Part shown: piece by piece, positions 34,911 to 39,786 of the stretch
How positions within the stretch are numbered: position 1 is the stretch's first letter
Layout of the letters: each line of letters opens with the position of its first letter
The notes under the pieces: generated by a model
The model's input: the letters and a program-made list of their open reading frames with translations, nothing else
The model's database searches: none
What the model was told of the DNA's origin: nothing
Made by a program: the position numbers and the translations under genes
NCBI GenBank assembly: GCA_043754515.1
Contig: JAYUUO010000121.1
Location: 1-39,786 of the forward strand
DNA: 39,786 nt
Source: Armatimonadota bacterium
GTDB lineage: Bacteria; Armatimonadota; Armatimonadia; Armatimonadales; Armatimonadaceae
Direction of reading: 5' to 3'

Positions 34911-36215
34911 ATGCTTTTGAACCGTCCAACCACGACTCCCAACGACAAGACCGCGCCCCGATGGGTGTCGGCCCGCGTCGCCGCGTTTTTTCTGCTGTTC
35001 CTCGCCGTAGTCATGGGCGCGGCGGGGTGTGCCCCCGGCACGCCGTTCGGCCAGCAGATCCCCGTGAGCGCGAACCCGCTCCAAGTCATCGGCGACGGCG
35101 AGGCGAAGGTGAAGGTCGCCGACGACGCCGCGAAAGCCGGGAGTATCGAGGAGTCGAAGAAGATCTACGCGGACGCGGTCGCCTACTACACGGTCGCGGC
35201 GGGGAAGTACAAGGGGCAGGAGACGGGCCTCCGCGCGACGATGGTGGCGGCCACCATCGCGTCCGAGAAACTCGACCAGAAGCAACAGGCTTATACCCTG
35301 CTCAAGCGCGCCCTCAAGGACTACCCCGTCGGTAGCCTCGGCACCTCCACGCTCCCAGCCGATGCGATCACGCTTTACGAGCGGGTGACGCAGGAACTGG
35401 ACGCGCAGAACAGCAAGACGTACTACTACATGGCGATGGACTCGCTGATGAAAATCGCGGGCAACAACGCCGTGCTGGCTCTTTTCATCGTCGCCCTCGC
35501 GGTGACCCTGATGACCTGGCCTCTGCGCAAGCAGGTCCTCATCCAGAGCAACGAGATGAAGCGGTTCATGCCGGAGCTCAAAAAGATCCAGGATAAGTAC
35601 AAAGACGAAATGATGACGTCGAACGAGAAGGTGCAGGAGTTCAACAAGAAACACGGCATCAACCCGCTCGCCGGTTGTCTTCCCGCGCTCGCGCAGTGGC
35701 CGATCACGCTCCTTATGTACCAGGTCATCGCGCACTACCAGTTCCACTTCACCCAGCATCACTTCCTGTGGATCAATCCGGCACTCAGCACAGCGGCTCA
35801 CAAATGGCCCTCGCCGTTCAACGGGGCGATCGCGGCGAACCTCGCCGAGTCCGATATGATCCTGATGATCGCCTACGTCGGGTCTATGTTCCTACAGATG
35901 CGATTCAACCCGCAGTCGTCCCCGGACCCGCAACAGGTCGAGCAACAGAAGCAGATGGCACTGATGATGCCGATCATGTTCTTCTTCGTGATGTACAACG
36001 GACAGTGGGCGTCGGCCTTCGTGCTATACTGGTTCATGTCTAACATTCTGACACTCGGTCAGCAGTGGGTCATTAATCAGAAACTGCCGAAACTTAACCC
36101 GCTCATCCTCGACGCGGACGGCAACGCGGTGAACTCCGTGACCGCGTCCCAGACGACGTCGGGACCACTCCAGCCGAACCCGCGCCTGATCTCGCCGAAG
36201 AACCGGAAGAAGTAG
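34911..36215 (+). CDS. yidC: Membrane protein insertase YidC/Oxa1 family
   Basis: PELKKIQDKYK, GINPLAGCLP, FLWI and LYWFMSN...QQ; canonical position. Confidence 0.93.
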   Translation: MLLNRPTTTPNDKTAPRWVSARVAAFFLLFLAVVMGAAGCAPGTPFGQQIPVSANPLQVIGDGEAKVKVADDAAKAGSIEESKKIYADAVAYYTVAAGKYKGQETGLRATMVAATIASEKLDQKQQAYTLLKRALKDYPVGSLGTSTLPADAITLYERVTQELDAQNSKTYYYMAMDSLMKIAGNNAVLALFIVALAVTLMTWPLRKQVLIQSNEMKRFMPELKKIQDKYKDEMMTSNEKVQEFNKKHGINPLAGCLPALAQWPITLLMYQVIAHYQFHFTQHHFLWINPALSTAAHKWPSPFNGAIAANLAESDMILMIAYVGSMFLQMRFNPQSSPDPQQVEQQKQMALMMPIMFFFVMYNGQWASAFVLYWFMSNILTLGQQWVINQKLPKLNPLILDADGNAVNSVTASQTTSGPLQPNPRLISPKNRKK

Positions 36216-36255
36216 CGGCGACCACCCTTAGCGAAGCCGCGCAAAGAACGCCATT

Positions 36256-36747
36256 ATGACCGACAGCATTCCCAACACAAACAACGACATACAGGCAGTC
36301 AAAGACAAAGCACTGCAATGGGCGGAGGGCGTCGCTAGTGCCGCCGCTCCCGAACTCAGCCTGACCGCGCGGATCACCTCCGAGGAGCCGGAAGGGCTAG
36401 TGATCGCGTTCGAGGGGCCCGACGCGGAGCGGATGGTCGGGCGTAACGGGCAGATACTCGACGCGATCGGGTTCATTGCGGGCCAGGTCATCAACCGGCG
36501 TGGGAACGCGCGGCTCCGCGTCCTGTTCGACGCCGACGACTACCGCCGCAAGCGCGAGGAAACGCTGGTGAAACTCGCCACGGAACTCGCGGAACAGGTG
36601 ATCGCGACCGGTCAGGAAGCCGTCCTGGATCCGCTCTCGCCGATGGAGCGGCGCATCATTCACAACGTCGTCGCCGAGATGGACGGGGCACAGACGTACA
36701 GCGAGGGCATCGAGCCGGACCGGTACATCATCATTTCGCCTCAGTAA
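36256..36747 (+). CDS. jag: Jag/EloR/KhpB RNA-binding protein (KH + R3H domains; Jag_N absent)
   Basis: MVGRNGQILDAI (KH), DYRRKRE and PLSPMERRIIH (R3H), TYSEG. Confidence 0.9.
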   Translation: MTDSIPNTNNDIQAVKDKALQWAEGVASAAAPELSLTARITSEEPEGLVIAFEGPDAERMVGRNGQILDAIGFIAGQVINRRGNARLRVLFDADDYRRKREETLVKLATELAEQVIATGQEAVLDPLSPMERRIIHNVVAEMDGAQTYSEGIEPDRYIIISPQ

Positions 36748-36758
36748 GGAGACCGCCC

Positions 36759-38396
36759 GTGGAGTATTTCGTCGGTGTTGACGTCGGGACAGGGAGCGTA
36801 CGCGCGGGGGTATTCTCCCCCACCGGGGAGCGGCAGGGCATGGCGACCCGCCCCATCAAGATCTGGCGACCCAGGCCGGGGTACGCCGAGCAAAGTAGCG
36901 AGGATATATGGAACGCGGTCGGTGCCGCCGTCCGCGATGCCGTCCTGGAGGCGGGCGTCGCGCCGGGCGCGGTTCGTGGCATCGGCTTCGACGCGACGTG
37001 TTCCCTGGTCGCGCTCGGCGGGAACGGCTCGCCGGTGACCGTCTCACCCGACGGCGACCCGGCGCAAAACATCATCGTCTGGATGGATCACCGCGCCGCC
37101 GCCGAGGCCGACGAAATCAACGCGGGTAGTTATGACGCCCTGCGGTACGTGGGCGGGAAGTTCTCGCCGGAAATGGAGCCGCCGAAACTTCTCTGGCTCA
37201 AACGCCATCTGCCCGACTCCTGGGCGAGGGTAGCAAAGTTCTTCGACCTCGCGGACTTCCTGACATACAAAGCCTCCGGCATTGACGCCCGCTCCCTCTG
37301 CACGAATGTTTGTAAGTGGGGATACCTGGGCCACGAGAACCGTTGGGACGCCGCGCTCTATGACGGTATCGGCATCGGAGACGTTTTCTCGCGCGGGCAA
37401 GTCGGCACCGACATCCGCCCGCTCGGCGAGCGAATCGGCACGCTGACCCCGGAATCCGCCGCGCACCTCGGGCTTGGCACGGAATGCGCGGTGGCAGTGG
37501 GCATTATTGACGCGCACGCGGGGGGACTGGGGCTGTTAGGCGCGGCGTGGGCGGGCTTGGATGCGTCGGAACCGGCAGTGCTGGAGGGGGTAATCGCGCT
37601 GATCGGCGGCACCTCCAACTGCCACATGGCGGCGTCGCGCGAGCCGAAGTTTATTGACGGCGTTTGGGGACCTTACTTCGGCGCGATGGTACCCGGGATG
37701 TGGCTGACCGAAGGCGGGCAGTCGGCGGCGGGACAACTGATAGACCATGTGATCGAGGACTCCTCCGCCTTCGCCGATCTCGCCTACGTGTCGGAGGAAC
37801 GCGGCACTACAATCTACTCCCTTCTGAACGAGTGCGTCGAGCAACAGCGCGAGGGAGCGGGCCTATCCGATGTCGCCTATCTGACGCGCGACCTGCACGT
37901 TCTGGACTATCACCTCGGCAACCGCTCTCCCCACGCCGACACCCACGCGCGCGGCACGGTGGAAGGGTTGCCGCTCGACCTTTCCTCGGATTTCGATGCG
38001 CGGCTTTACCTGGCGACGGTGCAATCTATCGCGTACGGGACGCGGGAGATCATCGAAACGCTGAATGCGAGCGGCTTTGCCATCACGCGGATAGTGGCAA
38101 CGGGCGGGGGGACGAAGAACGCGCTCTGGCTCCAACAGCACGCGGACGCGACGGGCCTGCCGGTGACACTGGGGCGCGAACCCGAATCGGTACTGCTCGG
38201 AGCCGCCATACTCGGCGCGAACGCCGCCGGTACGTTTGATTCGGTCACGGACGCGATGCGGGCGATGGGCAGGGCGGGAGCCACGACCGAGCCAAACCCC
38301 GCCGTCCGCGCTTACCACGATGCCAAGTACGTGGTCTACCGGTCGCTGTACGCGTCGCAACGACGGCACCGCGAGATCATGCGTGTGGCACCCTGA
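36759..38396 (+). CDS. FGGY-family pentulose/ribulose kinase
   Basis: GVDVGTGSVRA, GIGFDATCSLV, WMDHRA, IDAHAG, GTSNCHM, EGGQSA and GNRSP; AGGAG SD. Confidence 0.93.
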   Translation: MEYFVGVDVGTGSVRAGVFSPTGERQGMATRPIKIWRPRPGYAEQSSEDIWNAVGAAVRDAVLEAGVAPGAVRGIGFDATCSLVALGGNGSPVTVSPDGDPAQNIIVWMDHRAAAEADEINAGSYDALRYVGGKFSPEMEPPKLLWLKRHLPDSWARVAKFFDLADFLTYKASGIDARSLCTNVCKWGYLGHENRWDAALYDGIGIGDVFSRGQVGTDIRPLGERIGTLTPESAAHLGLGTECAVAVGIIDAHAGGLGLLGAAWAGLDASEPAVLEGVIALIGGTSNCHMAASREPKFIDGVWGPYFGAMVPGMWLTEGGQSAAGQLIDHVIEDSSAFADLAYVSEERGTTIYSLLNECVEQQREGAGLSDVAYLTRDLHVLDYHLGNRSPHADTHARGTVEGLPLDLSSDFDARLYLATVQSIAYGTREIIETLNASGFAITRIVATGGGTKNALWLQQHADATGLPVTLGREPESVLLGAAILGANAAGTFDSVTDAMRAMGRAGATTEPNPAVRAYHDAKYVVYRSLYASQRRHREIMRVAP

Positions 38397-38442
38397 GCGG
38401 CGGCACCCTCGGGCAGGCAGTTTCGGGGGTTGGGGGCCAGAG

Positions 38443-38727
38443 ATGAGATACTCCTTTGATGGGATGATGCGAATTCCGTCCCTGCGAGCGAGAGCGGGAG
38501 TTATGTACATGATCGGGACCCGCTTGCTCATGGAAGTAGCCTGTCTTCGTGCCGTGGCGACTCTGTTCTGTAAACCCCTGTTCTGTGAGTTAGTGTTCGC
38601 GGGGAGCCTCTTTGTAGTGCTCCTGATGGTTTCGCGGGCAACATTTCGCGAATCACTCACGATGGCGATTTACTACACCGTCACATGGGCTTGTATTCAC
38701 TACGTCCGCACACAGAGGAGAATCTGA
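38443..38727 (+). CDS. Small hypothetical membrane protein
   Basis: Hydrophobic ORF in an AT-richer patch; start uncertain. Confidence 0.4.
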   Translation: MRYSFDGMMRIPSLRARAGVMYMIGTRLLMEVACLRAVATLFCKPLFCELVFAGSLFVVLLMVSRATFRESLTMAIYYTVTWACIHYVRTQRRI

Positions 38728-38894
38728 TGAGTGTAAGTAAAACCGTATGAAATCCTGTATCCATAATCATAGTGCTCCTTGTCCTTACCTTCCTGATAAA
38801 TCGCTTCGGGAAGGAATCGTTCGGAGGACTCGTGGTAAGCATTTGCATGACATCGGTGGTGTTCGGGTGGTGGTTGACGTTACCACATAAATAG
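38727..38894 (+). pseudogene. Small two-helix membrane protein with an internal TGA
   Basis: GAGGAG SD, ATG overlapping the previous stop. Reads MSVSKTV*NPVSIIIVLLVLTFLINRFGKESFGGLVVSICMTSVVFGWWLTLPHK, with TGA at 38748-38750. Confidence 0.4.
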
Positions 38895-38912
38895 CAGAGC
38901 TGTAAATCGAGT

Positions 38913-39371
38913 ATGAGCCCTGAAACAAAGAATTTGCTAGAGACCGTTGAACTAGCCCCTCGCACTAGGTCGACAAAACCACGGATAGAAAGAGTGCTGC
39001 CGAACGGGGTGTTTGTTTCTACCGCGTACGAGACGGAAGGCATGATGAACAAAATCCGGTCGTTGTGCGGACCCATCTCTGAGAAGATCGGACACTCCTG
39101 CGGTATAGACGGGCCCGTACAAGATTCCAATCACACGGCAGAGATTTATGTGGCGAATGTTCTCTCCGTGCGCTTTTCTAGATACGGCGATCTGTTCGCG
39201 ATCCGTGTTCACGAAGACGTTCTGGACATATACTCCGAGAAAATCGCACCCATCGTAGAGGCGAAGGGGTATGTATACGTTCGTATTGATGACCTTGACG
39301 AGTCGTATTCGGGGGCCAATCCGAAATACATCGGGCGGACTTGGTGGGATCGTTTCTTTGATTATATGTGA
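38913..39371 (+). CDS. Hypothetical protein
   Basis: 152-aa ORF with protein-like composition, ending GYVYV...LDESYSG...TWWDRFFDYM. Confidence 0.65.
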   Translation: MSPETKNLLETVELAPRTRSTKPRIERVLPNGVFVSTAYETEGMMNKIRSLCGPISEKIGHSCGIDGPVQDSNHTAEIYVANVLSVRFSRYGDLFAIRVHEDVLDIYSEKIAPIVEAKGYVYVRIDDLDESYSGANPKYIGRTWWDRFFDYM

Positions 39372-39588
39372 TCTGGCATACGAAGTTATAATTAACATGT
39401 TTTGGAAGCGTCCGAATAATTCGGAGCGAGCCAAGTCGTGATTTGTACATCACTTACCAAAGACAGTACCATGCTGTGGTATGAAGAGGGGAAACCGATT
39501 TACCTATAGCGTAGCCAGGTAAGCGCGTGTTCTGACGGTTGAAATGGCTCGGGCACGGTTATGCCGAGGAGGAGCCGGGGTGGGTTCC

Positions 39589-39646
39589 GTTTTTTTTGCC
39601 TTTTTTTGGTGTTTTGTTGAAGTCGGGGGGAAAGGTGTTGTATAAT
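39589..39646 (+). promoter_or_regulatory. Strong sigma70-type promoter with upstream T tracts
   Basis: TTGAAG (39617)-N18-TATAAT (39641), T tracts at 39589-39615, GAGGAG SD downstream. Confidence 0.7.
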
Positions 39647-39666
39647 CGGCGCGAGGAGTACGAGAC

Positions 39667-39786
39667 ATGACTACAGTTTTCTCCGTGACGAACCCACTCT
39701 ACCTCCCCAATCATCCGGTTCGGCGTTTGTTCAGCGCGTCCCTCGAAGGTGCCGCGCTCCGCTCGGCAGGTAAAGGATCACCCGCT
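39667..39786 (+). CDS. Start of a gene truncated by the window edge; function unknown
   Basis: ATG after promoter and SD; frame open to the end of the window (MTTVFSVTNPLYLP...). Confidence 0.6.
   Translation, partial: MTTVFSVTNPLYLPNHPVRRLFSASLEGAALRSAGKGSPA

Noticed and set aside
38748..38750. Selenocysteine or recoded TGA
   Set aside because: No redox motif or evident SECIS, and TGA is a normal stop elsewhere in the window; a nonsense mutation is simpler.
38400..39600. Integron cassette array
   Set aside because: No convincing attC sites (RYYYAAC...GTTRRRY with internal symmetry) between the ORFs.
1..39786. CRISPR array or long tandem repeats
   Set aside because: No regularly spaced direct repeats or cas genes observed.

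Overview
GC-rich bacterial chromosomal segment. The gene content (PEP-CTERM protein, H-X9-DG/DUF1559 remnant, DUF6785-type membrane protein) suggests Armatimonadota or a similar lineage; this is inference only. It holds about 35 coding regions, one atypical tRNA-Thr(UGU) and a degenerate IS630 element. Left to right: ADP-ribosylglycohydrolase, BirA and a secreted amidase; a carbohydrate-related block (DUF6785 membrane protein, discoidin/GH-A-like protein, ABC transporter, PEP-CTERM protein, GH44-PA14); the IS630 element; a three-gene operon (DUF1592-type di-haem cytochrome c, Tat-exported DUF1501 protein, haem c-CBM4/9-FGE fusion); an AT-richer four-gene island (DUF3467-like, small ORF, DUF433, RelE-like); M16 peptidase and CopZ-like chaperone; glycosyltransferases and a deacetylase; GHL10 hydrolase plus serine hydrolase; ferredoxin; rpmH-rnpA-yidD-yidC-jag with no dnaA or mnmE neighbours; an FGGY kinase; and a small AT-rich patch. 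The best candidates for undescribed systems are the cytochrome/DUF1501/FGE-CBM operon (whose large subunit appears to carry nested, circularly permuted PKD and golvesin-like domains) and the toxin-antitoxin-like four-gene island. All family calls come from motif recognition by eye; no database searches were run.
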